64,000 bases of DNA from an uncultured Gammaproteobacteria bacterium (GCA_964397195.1 CAYNGY010000003.1:69836-133835), one strand, 5' to 3'. Counted from the stretch's first letter, positions 26,858 through 37,355 are shown. Made by a program: numbers and translations. Notes: generated from the sequence alone by a model not told the origin.

Positions 26858-28462
26858 ATGCGTTACCCTGATCCAGCTCGGTCAGCACCTGCCCGGGGCA
26901 TGGTCATGGGCCTGTCGTTCATTTTGGTGGTGGGCACCGTACTCCGCCTGGTCGGACTGAATTTTGGTTTACCGAACCTGTACCTAACGGACGAAGAGTT
27001 TTTTGTCCAACCGGCTTTGCGGGTGGCGGATGGCCATCTTGATCCGGGTTGGTACGGTGCGCCGGGCCAGCCGTTGATTTATAGTACCGGCGCGGTGATG
27101 GCGGGAGTGAATCTGGTGGTGAACTGGCGACAGCATACGTCGCGAGCGACGTCGGAAAATTATGCGCTCGATCCGACTCCGTTCCAGACCGCCGGGCGAG
27201 CTATCCCTGCGACGGCGGGTGTGGCCATGATTTTTTTCGTCTGGCTGATTGGACGGAGAATCAGTGAGAGGGTGGGGCTGGTGGCGGCGACGTTGACGTC
27301 GACCTCATTTTATTTGATCGACCATAGCCATATTATTCGCCCAGATATCCTGCAAACGACGTTTATCTTGATGGCGGTGTATAGTCTGCTGCGTTGGCGA
27401 GAAACAGGCTATCGTCGATGGAGCCTCTGGCTAGGCGTGTTTTACGGATTGAGTATCACCACAAAATATCCGTCGCTCTTTTTGTTGCCGCTGCTTCTCG
27501 GTGTGGCCTGGTATGGGTGTCGCCGTCAGTGGTGGACAGTTCGGTCGTGGGTGGTCGCTAGCATGGTTGGCGTGATGACCGTCATTCTGTCGGCGCCATT
27601 CGTCTTTCTTCACCCCTTCGAGGCGGCGCATGATGTCCTCTACGAGGGTGTCGCAGATCATGGCACCCATTCTGGTCTCGGCATTTTCACGAACCTCGGG
27701 CACTATGCCCAGGCCGCGTCATACCAACTGGGGACCATACTCGCACTCGTGGCAATCGGGCTGGGTATCGTTGTCCTGATACGTCAACGCGGCCCGGTGC
27801 GACCGGGACTGATTTCTATGTTGCTGATCGGCGGGGTGTGGTATCTGTTCTGTTTATCGCTGCTGAAGTCAAACTGGGATCGGTGGCTTATTCCACTGAT
27901 GCCGGTCGGATTTTTGCTGGTGAGCGTGGCGATCGGATGGGCCTGGTCTCGACGCCGCTTGGCGACCGGCTTGGTCGTCCTGATGGCGATGGTCGCACCG
28001 AGCGTCCGGCTCGTCCGGACCATGTATGGGTACACCCATCTGCACACGGCGGACGTCCTTGCCAACTGGTATCCTACCCATCTGCGAACGACAGACGCGG
28101 TCGCGGTTGAGGTCCGGAGTCCGGTACCGTCATCGAACCGCTCGATTACTTTACCAAATGTGTCGATCCACTCGGCGGATTGGTATCACGATCAAGGATA
28201 TACGGTCTTGGTTTTAACCAGCGGCGTCTATTCACGGATTCAGGAGGCGGCGACTCAACCGAATCCGCGGCCGGCCTTCGTCGCCGCGGCGAACGCCTAC
28301 ACCAAGCTGCTCGCTGACGCTGATCAGCTGACGACGGTGATGGCCGGGCCGTACGGCGGGACGACTGCACTCTTGTATCGTAGCGACTGGGCGGTCGTTC
28401 GATCCTGGAGCATGGCTATTCGTCGTGGGCCGAACTTCTGGGTCTACCGTTTGCGGCCGTAG
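26858..28462 (+). CDS. GT-C fold glycosyltransferase (PMT/ArnT-like, GT39/GT83 family)
   Basis: Polytopic N-terminal region with the first-loop motif LPNLYLTDEEFF (DE motif), and a soluble C-terminal domain. Confidence 0.7.
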   Translation: MRYPDPARSAPARGMVMGLSFILVVGTVLRLVGLNFGLPNLYLTDEEFFVQPALRVADGHLDPGWYGAPGQPLIYSTGAVMAGVNLVVNWRQHTSRATSENYALDPTPFQTAGRAIPATAGVAMIFFVWLIGRRISERVGLVAATLTSTSFYLIDHSHIIRPDILQTTFILMAVYSLLRWRETGYRRWSLWLGVFYGLSITTKYPSLFLLPLLLGVAWYGCRRQWWTVRSWVVASMVGVMTVILSAPFVFLHPFEAAHDVLYEGVADHGTHSGLGIFTNLGHYAQAASYQLGTILALVAIGLGIVVLIRQRGPVRPGLISMLLIGGVWYLFCLSLLKSNWDRWLIPLMPVGFLLVSVAIGWAWSRRRLATGLVVLMAMVAPSVRLVRTMYGYTHLHTADVLANWYPTHLRTTDAVAVEVRSPVPSSNRSITLPNVSIHSADWYHDQGYTVLVLTSGVYSRIQEAATQPNPRPAFVAAANAYTKLLADADQLTTVMAGPYGGTTALLYRSDWAVVRSWSMAIRRGPNFWVYRLRP

Positions 28463-28500
28463 GAAGCATTCCCTGCCCGGGCGGTTTTTTTGGTATACTG

Positions 28501-31029
28501 ATGGGGACAAACACCCACATGACTATTGATGATCATCGCTCACACCTCGGTTTGACCAGTGCCGAGGCGGCCGACCGACGCCGGACCCATGGGTCAAATA
28601 CGGTCGGTGAACGGCATCATTTCCGGCCAATAGCGGCTTTTTTTGGCAAATTTAATAGTCCGTTGCTTTGGGTAATTCTCGGGGCGGCCATTGTTTCGTA
28701 TCTGACCGGAAGTAAGACGAACGCCATGATTCTCGTGGCCATGACGTTGTTGTCGGTCATTTTGGACTTCGTCAATACCTATCGTTCCGAGCGAGCCATT
28801 CAGTCATTGGTTGACCGAGTGCAGACCATGGCGACGGTGGTACGTGACGGGCATGATGTCTCCGTCCCGCTCGCCGATATTGTCCCGGGCGATATTTTAA
28901 CCCTATCAGCCGGGGGTGTGATTCCGGCCGACGGGTTTGTTCTGAGTGAAAAAGACCTGTATGTGAATGAAAGTGCGTTGACTGGCGAATCGAATCCGGT
29001 CATGAAACAGGTGACGACCGGACTCCTGCCGAGCATCGTGACCAAAGATCGCCCGGATGCGGTGATGATGGGAACGAGTGTCGTGACCGGGTATGCGCGG
29101 ATCTTGGTAGTGGCGACCGGCGTGAACACGGCCTACGGGGCGGTGGCGAAACATCTCCAAGACCAGCCGAGTGATACTGTCTTTGAGCGGGAACTGCGTT
29201 CGTTCTCGATGTTCTTAATGAGAGTAACTCTCATTATGGTGGTGGTGGTCTTTCTCCTCAACTTGGTTGGTGTTGGCCATCGCGGGGTTTTTGATTCCTT
29301 CGTTTTTGCGGTGGCCATTGCCATCGGTCTGACGCCGGAATTGCTACCGGTCATCATGACCGTGTCGTTAAGCCGCGGCGCGGTGCGCATGGCTGCCAAT
29401 CATGTGATTGTGAAGCGGCTGCCGGCCATTCAAAATTTCGGCCGGATGAATGTCCTCTGCACGGACAAAACCGGGACTTTAACCGAAAACCGAGTCCATG
29501 TGGCGATGGCGGTGAACGCGGGCGGCGATACAGACGATACGGTCCTGCGCGATGCTTGGCTGAGTAGTCGTTTCCATTCGGGTGTTGAGAATCCGTTGGA
29601 TCAAGCGATAGCGGAGTCTCACGTTTGGCCGCTTGATGGGATCGAAAAAGTCGACGAAGTGCCCTTCGATTTTGAGCGGCGACGGGAGACGATTGTGGTT
29701 CGCGACAACGGGATGTGGCGGATGATTACCAAGGGCGCACCGGAACGGGTGCTTGATGTCTGTACGGACTATCGTCATGCACATGGGCAGGCCCCGCTCG
29801 ATACGGCCATGCGAAACCAGTTGGCGGCGCTGTACGATCGCTTGAGTCGGGAAGGGTACAAACTGCTCGGCGTCGCGACTCGCCCGGTTGGGACGACGCA
29901 AACGATGTACGAGCCAGCCGATGAACATGGGTTGGTTTTCTCCGGCTATATCGCCTTACTTGATCCGGCGAAAGCGACGGCCCGGGCGGCGATTGATGAT
30001 CTTGAGTCGCTTGGAATTGAATTAAAGATTTTGACCGGCGATGGCGCGGCCTTAACGGAAAAGATTTGTCGAGACATCGACGTTCCGATTAAAGGCACAA
30101 TTACCGGAGAGCAATTGCAGAAAATTCCTGATAGTCAGTGGCCGAGTATTGTCCGCGAGACGTCCATTTTTGCCCGGATTGATCCGTTCCAGAAGGAGAA
30201 AATTATTCGCACCCTCCGCGCCGGGGGATCGGTGGTAGGATTTTTGGGTGACGGGATTAATGACGCGCCGGCGCTTCGGGCGGCTGACGTTGGTGTTTCG
30301 GTCAGTAACGCCGTGGATGTCGCCAAAGAAACGGCCGACATTATTCTGCAAGAACAGAGTCTAGCGGTCTTAGCCGGGGGAGTGATGGAAGGTCGAAAGA
30401 CCTTTCGCAATACTTTGAAATATATCGAGATGGGGCTGAGTTCGAACTTCGGGAATATGCTGTCGATGACGGTAGCCTCGGCGCTGCTGCCATTTTTTCC
30501 GATGCTCCCGACGCAAATTCTGCTCAACAACTTCTTGTACGACAGTTCCCAGCTTTCTCTCTCGAGTGATCGGGTTGACCCGGAAGCGGTTCGTCGCCCG
30601 TCCGTCTGGGATATTCGGTTCATTCGGCGCTACATGTTGACCTTCGGTCCGATTTCATCACTGTTTGATTTCGCTACCTTCGGGTTACTGTGGGCGATGT
30701 TTCATGACCAACCGATGCTGTTTCAAACCGGCTGGTTTATTGAATCCGTTGCGACTCAAGTGATTGTTATTTATGTGATTCGAACACGTTTGGCGCCATG
30801 GCGCGCATCGAAACCGAGTCGATTACTTGTTTTGAATACCAGCGCGGTGGTGCTTTTGGCCACGAGTATTCCGTATTGGGCCCTCGGTCGAGTTTTTGGA
30901 TTTGGCCCATTACCGTTCACCGCATTAGGGGTGATTCTGATTTTCGTTTTGGCCTATATTGGGTTGGTGGAGTTCGTCAAACGTTGGTTTTACCGTCGTG
31001 AAGATCGCGTGTATCATTCCAGTCTATGA
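28501..31029 (+). CDS. mgtA: magnesium-translocating P-type ATPase
   Basis: Phosphorylation motif DKTGTLT, hinge GDGINDAPAL and the TGES actuator, with MgtA-type N-terminal and C-terminal TM topology. A TATACT box ends 3 nt before the ATG, giving a leaderless transcript. Confidence 0.88.
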   Translation: MGTNTHMTIDDHRSHLGLTSAEAADRRRTHGSNTVGERHHFRPIAAFFGKFNSPLLWVILGAAIVSYLTGSKTNAMILVAMTLLSVILDFVNTYRSERAIQSLVDRVQTMATVVRDGHDVSVPLADIVPGDILTLSAGGVIPADGFVLSEKDLYVNESALTGESNPVMKQVTTGLLPSIVTKDRPDAVMMGTSVVTGYARILVVATGVNTAYGAVAKHLQDQPSDTVFERELRSFSMFLMRVTLIMVVVVFLLNLVGVGHRGVFDSFVFAVAIAIGLTPELLPVIMTVSLSRGAVRMAANHVIVKRLPAIQNFGRMNVLCTDKTGTLTENRVHVAMAVNAGGDTDDTVLRDAWLSSRFHSGVENPLDQAIAESHVWPLDGIEKVDEVPFDFERRRETIVVRDNGMWRMITKGAPERVLDVCTDYRHAHGQAPLDTAMRNQLAALYDRLSREGYKLLGVATRPVGTTQTMYEPADEHGLVFSGYIALLDPAKATARAAIDDLESLGIELKILTGDGAALTEKICRDIDVPIKGTITGEQLQKIPDSQWPSIVRETSIFARIDPFQKEKIIRTLRAGGSVVGFLGDGINDAPALRAADVGVSVSNAVDVAKETADIILQEQSLAVLAGGVMEGRKTFRNTLKYIEMGLSSNFGNMLSMTVASALLPFFPMLPTQILLNNFLYDSSQLSLSSDRVDPEAVRRPSVWDIRFIRRYMLTFGPISSLFDFATFGLLWAMFHDQPMLFQTGWFIESVATQVIVIYVIRTRLAPWRASKPSRLLVLNTSAVVLLATSIPYWALGRVFGFGPLPFTALGVILIFVLAYIGLVEFVKRWFYRREDRVYHSSL

Positions 31030-32279
31030 TTCACCCGCGTACATTTTTCCGAAAACTTGGCCCGGGGCTGATTACCGGCGCATCGGATGATGACCCGTCG
31101 GGTATTATTACCTACTCGCAAGCGGGGGCGGCCCACGGCTATCGGTTACTGTGGTTATCGTTGTATCTCGTGCCGTTGATGTTGGCGGTTCAGGAGATTT
31201 CTGGTCGCCTCGGGCTCTTAACGCGTCAGGGCTTGGCCCAGCTTATTCGCAAACATTATTCTCGTCGGTTGGCCCTGATAATTAGTCTGGCCCTCCTCAT
31301 TGCCAATATCGTCAATATTGGGGCGGACTTGCGTGCCATGGCGGCGGTAGCACAACTCCTTGTTCCCGGACCAACATTGGTGTATCTGTTAGGCTTTGCG
31401 CTGGTGGTGATTCTGCTCGAGATTTTTGTGAGCTATGAACGCTATGCGAATATCCTGAAGTGGCTGACCTTGGCGTTGTTATCGTATGTGGCCGCGGCAT
31501 TTGTGACGTCTCAGGACTGGGTGTCGGCCATTACCTCGACAATTATTCCGCACATCCCACACGATGGATCGATTTGGATATTGATTACCGCCATCTTAGG
31601 GACCACGATTACGCCGTATTGTTTCTTCTGGCAGGCGTCGGAGGAGGCGGAGGAAGAAAATATTCTGAAGCGTATGGCCCATCGGGTTGCGCCGCATATT
31701 GGCGATCGTCTGCGCCAGTTACGCGTTGATACGGCCACCGGCATGATTTACTCGAACGTGATCATGTTTTTCATTATCGTGACGACAGCTGGCACGTTGC
31801 ACCAGGCCGGGATTACGTCGATTGATTCCGCTGCCCAGGCGGCAGACGCACTGCGTCCGTTGGCCGGAAGTTTTGCCGCCACGATTTTCGCCTTGGGACT
31901 GATTGGGATAGGATTGCTCGCGGTACCCATTTTAGCCGGTTCGGCCGCCTATGCGTTGGCGGACGTATTTCAATGGCCGGAAGGACTCGGTAAAACCTTT
32001 CGACAAGCGCCGGCTTTCTACCTGACCATTATGGCCGCGATTTTAGTAGGCGGCGCGCTGACCCTGAGCGGTGTGACCCCAATTGGGTTCCTGATCGCCG
32101 CCGCGGTGGTCAACGGTGTCGTCGCGCCCCTGATGATTTGGTTTATGTTACGGCTGGCCGCACGTCCGGATGTGGTTGGGGCACATCGTACTCCGCGTGG
32201 GATTGAGGTTATTGGGTGGATAACATTTTGGGCGATGGTACTCTCAGCGGTCTTTATGGTGGTCACATTTTTTCTATGA
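31026..32279 (+). CDS. NRAMP-family divalent cation transporter (MntH-like, possibly an Mg-selective NRMT type)
   Basis: 417 aa with 11 TM helices, and an N-terminal GPGLITGASDDDPSGI in place of the classic DPGN. It overlaps the mgtA stop by 4 nt. Confidence 0.7.
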   Translation: MIHPRTFFRKLGPGLITGASDDDPSGIITYSQAGAAHGYRLLWLSLYLVPLMLAVQEISGRLGLLTRQGLAQLIRKHYSRRLALIISLALLIANIVNIGADLRAMAAVAQLLVPGPTLVYLLGFALVVILLEIFVSYERYANILKWLTLALLSYVAAAFVTSQDWVSAITSTIIPHIPHDGSIWILITAILGTTITPYCFFWQASEEAEEENILKRMAHRVAPHIGDRLRQLRVDTATGMIYSNVIMFFIIVTTAGTLHQAGITSIDSAAQAADALRPLAGSFAATIFALGLIGIGLLAVPILAGSAAYALADVFQWPEGLGKTFRQAPAFYLTIMAAILVGGALTLSGVTPIGFLIAAAVVNGVVAPLMIWFMLRLAARPDVVGAHRTPRGIEVIGWITFWAMVLSAVFMVVTFFL

Positions 32280-32827
32280 AGGTGAGTCGTCGGCAGTGGG
32301 TGATCGTCGGTGTGCAGGGCGCGTTACTGGCCGTCGAGCTCGGTTGGGGGTTTGATGACCTGTCCCGTCGGATAGCGCTGGGGGTGACGAATAGTGTAGC
32401 GACGCTGGGAATTCTTTGGGTTGATCGGTCGGTCGCCCGGCGGGGGGAGCGGATGCCGACCTGGATTCTTCTTTTTGGGCTGGGGGCGGTTTGGCTCGAT
32501 GCGTTCGGTAATTTTGATGGTTGGTATTCGAAGCTGTGGTGGTGGGATCGGGTGACCCATACCACCGGTGGTGCGGCTCTCAGTCTGATGGCGGCAGAAT
32601 TTTGGCGAGCACGAGTTGGCGTGGGTGCGGCCTGGGTCGGCTTAGCGCTTGGGCAGATGATTGGTGCGTGGTATGAGGTGAGTGAGTATCTCGGTGACCT
32701 GATCTTTGGCACGCGACGGATCGGCGGATCATATGATTCCCCGCGAGATTTATGCCTGAATCTGGTTGGCGGAGTGGTGGCGATATGGCTCTGGCGCGTT
32801 GTCACCAGGCGCAAAAATATGGTATAA
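32276..32827 (+). CDS. Trp-rich small membrane protein, hypothetical
   Basis: 183 aa with about 5 TM helices and an ATGA overlap with the NRAMP gene stop. Confidence 0.5.
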   Translation: MKVSRRQWVIVGVQGALLAVELGWGFDDLSRRIALGVTNSVATLGILWVDRSVARRGERMPTWILLFGLGAVWLDAFGNFDGWYSKLWWWDRVTHTTGGAALSLMAAEFWRARVGVGAAWVGLALGQMIGAWYEVSEYLGDLIFGTRRIGGSYDSPRDLCLNLVGGVVAIWLWRVVTRRKNMV

Positions 32828-32873
32828 TCATGACGTTCCGTACCAATCACGATAGCGGTGCGCAACATCAACT

Positions 32874-33164
32874 ATGGCTGGGTTGTCGGAGCTCCAAAAA
32901 CGAATTCTGCGAACGGCGCTAAGTGCCTCACGTTCTCGGATTGCTCGCGCGACCTTTCAGTTCCCACAGCGCTCATCGCGGCTCCATCAACAAGAGATTT
33001 TGACCCGTTCGTTGGATCGCTTGGTTGATCGGGGGTTGATGATTGGGTATGGCCATCGCACCCAGCAAAAGTGGTTTATTGAATCAATTCGGCTGACGCC
33101 GGCGGGACGCCGGGCGGCGCGCCGGTTACTCGGCACCCAAACAACATTTCCATTCATTCGTTAA
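32874..33164 (+). CDS. hypothetical small protein
   Basis: 96 aa, basic, possibly DNA-binding. Confidence 0.35.
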   Translation: MAGLSELQKRILRTALSASRSRIARATFQFPQRSSRLHQQEILTRSLDRLVDRGLMIGYGHRTQQKWFIESIRLTPAGRRAARRLLGTQTTFPFIR

Positions 33165-33171
33165 TATCCCT

Positions 33172-33642
33172 ATGGCAATTCCGGCCCGCGTTACCAAGCA
33201 CCTCGAGGCACTCAAACTCAAACACCAGGTGGTGCCGCATCGGACGGTCTTTACCGTCTACGATTTAGCGCAGACGCTCAAAGTAAAACTGAACACCATC
33301 GCCAAAACGTTGTTGGTCAAGACCGATCAAGGGTTGGCCTTAGTCGTGGTACCGGCCCACAAGCGTCTCGATTTTACGGCGCTGAAAAAGGCCTTGTCGG
33401 CCAAACGTGTTTCTCTCGCAACCGAAAAGGAAATGGTCAAGAAGTTAAAGGTCAAGCCTGGCGCGTTGACGGCATTCGGCACGCTCCACAAATTACCAAT
33501 CGTGATTGATCGGAGCCTAGCAAAAACTGAGCAGTTGCTCTTTAGCGCGGGGAGCTTTACCGAGTCACTTCGACTCAAGGTAAAACCGTATATCAAAACA
33601 CAAACACCGACGATCGCGCCGATCGCGAAGTCGGGTTCGTAA
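33172..33642 (+). CDS. YbaK/ProX-type aminoacyl-tRNA deacylase domain protein
   Basis: 156 aa with a YbaK-like profile. Confidence 0.6.
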   Translation: MAIPARVTKHLEALKLKHQVVPHRTVFTVYDLAQTLKVKLNTIAKTLLVKTDQGLALVVVPAHKRLDFTALKKALSAKRVSLATEKEMVKKLKVKPGALTAFGTLHKLPIVIDRSLAKTEQLLFSAGSFTESLRLKVKPYIKTQTPTIAPIAKSGS

Positions 33643-33645
33643 TTC

Positions 33646-34380
33646 ATGCGTCACGTCTCGACCACATCATTTTCCGGCCCGCTCGACTTACTCCTGCAAC
33701 TGATTGAAGGGGAGAAGCTTGACATTAGTCAGGTGTCGCTGGCCACGGTGACGGAACAGTACATTGCCGAGCTTCAGAAACTCGACGAGCTCCCAGCCGA
33801 AGAGTTGGCGGACTTTTTAGTCGTGGCGGCCAAGCTGGTCTACATTAAATCGCGGCTCCTCGTGCCGAGTGCGGAAGCGGCCGACGAAGATATCGGCGCC
33901 GATCTGGAGCAACAGCTCCGACTGTACAAAGCCTTTGTTGATGCGGCGAAAGAGGTCCAGGTGATGTGGAATCGCCATCATTCCTCGTTTACCCGCGATG
34001 GGTACGCGGTCATGGAACCAATCTTTAACCCGCCGCCGCACGTTCAGGCGGATACCTTGCGGGATATCTTACTCGGCGTCTTACGGGAACTTGAACCGAT
34101 TACGCGCTTGCCGCTGACGGTGATGATACGGACCGTCAATATTCGGGAAACCATCGCTCGTGTTCGCGACAAGCTCATTACCGAACGACGGGCGCGATTC
34201 CATGAAATGCTCTCGCATGCCAAGACCAAAACAGAAGCTATCGTGACGTTTTTAGCCCTTCTCGAACTCGTGAAACAACGCACCATCGTCATTGCCCAAA
34301 CCGATCGGTACGGTGATATTGATATTGAACTCATTATGGAAGAGCCGCCCGTGGCGGTGACGACCATCACAAACCTATGA
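33646..34380 (+). CDS. scpA: segregation and condensation protein A
   Basis: Kleisin profile (GPLDLLL.LI....LDI..V.L..V..QY) upstream of scpB. Confidence 0.8.
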   Translation: MRHVSTTSFSGPLDLLLQLIEGEKLDISQVSLATVTEQYIAELQKLDELPAEELADFLVVAAKLVYIKSRLLVPSAEAADEDIGADLEQQLRLYKAFVDAAKEVQVMWNRHHSSFTRDGYAVMEPIFNPPPHVQADTLRDILLGVLRELEPITRLPLTVMIRTVNIRETIARVRDKLITERRARFHEMLSHAKTKTEAIVTFLALLELVKQRTIVIAQTDRYGDIDIELIMEEPPVAVTTITNL

Positions 34381-34985
34381 CGCCACTTTCTACGACCCTC
34401 GAGAGCATTCTCTTTGTTGCGACGAAGCCCTTAACCGCGAAACGGTTAGCCGAGTTGTCGAAAGCCGCGCCCGCCGATGTGGAGACTGCCTTGGAAGAGT
34501 TAGCGACTCGCGTGAATGTTCCGGCCAGCGGGATTCATCTACTCCGACACAATAACACGATCCAGTTTGTGAGTAACCCAGCCGCGAGTGCGGTGGTGAC
34601 GGAGTTTTTAAAAGAAGAGCAAGCGGGGGAACTGACGCGACCAGCGCTCGAGACGCTGACGATTATTGCCTATCGGGGTCCGATTTCAAAAATCCAACTC
34701 GACACAATCCGTGGCGTCAATTGCGCACTCATTCTACGTAACCTGATGATTAAAGGGCTGATCGAATCGAAGACGCATAAAGATCGACTCCAGACGTCGT
34801 ATACTGTCACGGCTGATTTTCTGCGGCACCTCGGATTAACCGAGATTGCTCACCTTCCAGACTACGAACGTCTCCACGCCGAGGAGACCCTGAATGCATT
34901 GTTAACGTCATCGGTTGCGACTATGCCGGTCATGACGGATGCCGGGACTGAGGCGGTCGCGACTGAATCACCAACACCCGCATGA
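34377..34985 (+). CDS. scpB: segregation and condensation protein B
   Basis: Tandem winged-helix ScpB profile (LE.ILF.A.KPL....L.., TIIAY.GPI....D.IRGV) with an overlapping start. Confidence 0.8.
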   Translation: MTPLSTTLESILFVATKPLTAKRLAELSKAAPADVETALEELATRVNVPASGIHLLRHNNTIQFVSNPAASAVVTEFLKEEQAGELTRPALETLTIIAYRGPISKIQLDTIRGVNCALILRNLMIKGLIESKTHKDRLQTSYTVTADFLRHLGLTEIAHLPDYERLHAEETLNALLTSSVATMPVMTDAGTEAVATESPTPA

Positions 34986-35746
34986 CGCCAATCGTCGTCG
35001 CCAATTGGAAAATGCAGCTCGGTGTCGCCGAGGCGGTTCAATCTGGAACAACCTTATTGCAGTTACTGACCGCCAAGCCACTGGAAGCAACGGTGGTGGT
35101 CTGTCCGGGGTTTATTTCACTGCCGTATCTCGTCGAACCGCTCAAAAAAGGACCGATCGCACTCGGGGCGCAAGACGTCTTTTGGCAGGAGAAGGGCGCG
35201 TATACCGGCGAGGTTTCGCCACGCGTCTTACATGAAATCGGAGCCAACTACGTGATCATCGGGCATTCTGAGCGGCGGCAACTCGGCGAAACGGATACCG
35301 ACGTCGGCCGGAAATTGATGGCCTCGCTCGTGCATCATCTCCAGCCGATCGTTTGTGTTGGGGAGTCGGCCGATGAACGCGCCCAGGGGCGTCAGGAAGT
35401 CGTCGTCCAACAACAGCTTGAGCATATTTTCCGCAGTGCCCCGCCACCACGCCACGGGCATATGATCATGATCGCCTACGAGCCGATCTGGGCGATCGGA
35501 ACGGGTGAGGCGGCTGATCCAAAAGAGGCGGAAGTGATGCGCCAGCTCATTCAACAAACCCTGCGGGACGTGACGCCGGCCGGTCAGCTTGATTCGTTTC
35601 GTATCCTCTACGGCGGATCAGCTTCCCCGGAGAATGTTGCCCAGTACGTCGGTCCTGACCGGTATGACGGCGCATTGGTTGGGGGCGCCAGCCTCGATCC
35701 ACACACGTTCTATTCACTCATTTCCGCCTGCGCGCAGGCCCATTAA
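34982..35746 (+). CDS. tpiA: triosephosphate isomerase
   Basis: ANWKM, IIGHSERR and AYEPIWAIGTG motifs are present. Confidence 0.92.
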   Translation: MTPIVVANWKMQLGVAEAVQSGTTLLQLLTAKPLEATVVVCPGFISLPYLVEPLKKGPIALGAQDVFWQEKGAYTGEVSPRVLHEIGANYVIIGHSERRQLGETDTDVGRKLMASLVHHLQPIVCVGESADERAQGRQEVVVQQQLEHIFRSAPPPRHGHMIMIAYEPIWAIGTGEAADPKEAEVMRQLIQQTLRDVTPAGQLDSFRILYGGSASPENVAQYVGPDRYDGALVGGASLDPHTFYSLISACAQAH

Positions 35747-35757
35747 TTCCTCTCTCT

Positions 35758-36780
35758 ATGGCAAAACCCATTCGCGTCGCAATCAACGGCTTTGGTCGCA
35801 TCGGGCGGCATGCCTTCAAGATCGCCTTTGAAAAACCCGAACTCGAGGTGGTGGCGATTAACGATTTGGGTAGCATTGAAGTCATGGCCCACTTACTCCA
35901 GTACGACACGGCCTACGGGCACTACCACCGCCACGTGTCCTTCAAAGAGGGGACCTTAATCGTTGATGGAAAGGAAATCGCCTTTGTGTCGGTCAAAGAA
36001 CCGGCTGAGTTGCCATGGAAACAGATGGGCGTTGATGTGGTGCTGGAATCGACCGGACGTTTAACGAAGGATGGCGCGGCCCGCGCGCATCTCCAAGCCG
36101 GGGCCAAGCGCGTGGTCGTCTCTGCTCCGACCAAAGGCGGCAATGTTGAAACGTATTTGATTGGCGTGAACGCCGACCAGTACCACGGCGACGATGTCAT
36201 TTCAAACGCGTCGTGTACGACGAACTGTGTTTCGCCGGTGACGAAAGTTATGCTCGCCGAATTTGGAATTCAGAAAGCGGCCATGACGACCATCCACTCC
36301 TACACTGCCGAACAGAATCTCGTTGACGGCCCGGTGCCGCCGCTTCATCCTGATTTACGTCGGGCTCGTGCGGCCGCCCAAAATATTGTCCCGACCACGT
36401 CCGGCGCGGCCATCTCGACCGGCGAAGTCTTACCGGAGCTGCAAGGAAAGTTTGATGGCTACGCATTGCGCGTCCCAACCATTACCGTCTCATATACCGA
36501 CTTCACGTTCCTGACAAAAAAGCGCACGACTATTGATGAGGTGAATGCGGCCTTCACAACATGGGCGGCAAAGCCAGCGATGAAGGGTGTGCTCGAAGTG
36601 TCCGACGTGCCGCTGGTTTCGAGCGATTTCCGCGGTAATCCCGCTTCGGCGACGGTCGACCTGTTATTGACGAATGTTATTGACGGCGACTTAGTAAAAG
36701 TGGCGGCTTGGTATGACAACGAGTGGGGCTATAGTAATCGTTTTGTCGAACAGGCCATTCTCGTCGGGCGGAGCCTCTAG
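35758..36780 (+). CDS. gap: glyceraldehyde-3-phosphate dehydrogenase
   Basis: INGFGRIGR and the catalytic SNASCTTNC motif are present, with WYDNEWGYS at the C-terminus. Confidence 0.92.
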   Translation: MAKPIRVAINGFGRIGRHAFKIAFEKPELEVVAINDLGSIEVMAHLLQYDTAYGHYHRHVSFKEGTLIVDGKEIAFVSVKEPAELPWKQMGVDVVLESTGRLTKDGAARAHLQAGAKRVVVSAPTKGGNVETYLIGVNADQYHGDDVISNASCTTNCVSPVTKVMLAEFGIQKAAMTTIHSYTAEQNLVDGPVPPLHPDLRRARAAAQNIVPTTSGAAISTGEVLPELQGKFDGYALRVPTITVSYTDFTFLTKKRTTIDEVNAAFTTWAAKPAMKGVLEVSDVPLVSSDFRGNPASATVDLLLTNVIDGDLVKVAAWYDNEWGYSNRFVEQAILVGRSL

Positions 36781-36868
36781 GTTTTCGTCTACGTCAAAAC
36801 GTGGTACACTTTCCACAGTCCTAACACACATAAAACCCTATGAAACCGAAAGGGGGTGAACGATACAT

Positions 36869-37153
36869 ATGGAATCGTTAGTCATCGTGCTCATCGCGTT
36901 TGTGGCCCTCGCGGTCCTCTTCGTGGTCTTTATCCACTGGAAGGGACTTTTGACGAGTATGTTCCTCTCGCGCTGTTTCTTCATTTTTGGCATGGTCTGC
37001 GCCGCCTTTGCCATCGCCACCCAATACGGGTTGACGACGCAAGTTGGTTCGCAAAACCTCTTTGCTGATCCGATTTTCTACCTCTTGCTCGGAACGATGT
37101 CGCTTTTGTCTGCCGTGTACTGGAATACCGACAAGACAAATCGCATCATCTAG
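36869..37153 (+). CDS. small membrane protein (3 TM helices), hypothetical
   Basis: RBS aaagggggtgaacgatacat ATG, and a hydrophobic 94-aa product. Confidence 0.5.
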   Translation: MESLVIVLIAFVALAVLFVVFIHWKGLLTSMFLSRCFFIFGMVCAAFAIATQYGLTTQVGSQNLFADPIFYLLLGTMSLLSAVYWNTDKTNRII

Positions 37154-37280
37154 TCCTCGAAACATTAACCGGTTGGCGGATGCATGGCCAGCCGGTTTTT
37201 GTTTTGTGGAGGCACTTGGCGCGTGTCACCTTAGGTCGGCTACGCAAAACTAGGCGAGTGGATTCGCCCGTATCGGTGAT

Positions 37281-37355
37281 TGGTACCGCCAAGGAGAGTC
37301 GAACTCCTCTTACCAGGATGAGAACCTGGCGTCCTAACCGATAGACGATGGCGGC
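37281..37355 (-). tRNA. tRNA-Glu (anticodon CUC), CCA encoded
   Basis: Reverse complement reads GCCGCCA..CCAGG-UUCUCAU-CCUGG..GGAGUUCGACUCUCC..UGGCGGU-ACCA. Confidence 0.8.

Noticed and set aside
28463-28500. Possible Mg2+ riboswitch (M-box) or mgtL leader upstream of mgtA
   Set aside because: Only about 38 nt separate the preceding stop from the mgtA start, and a TATACT box sits 3 nt before the ATG. There is no room for a roughly 160-nt M-box.
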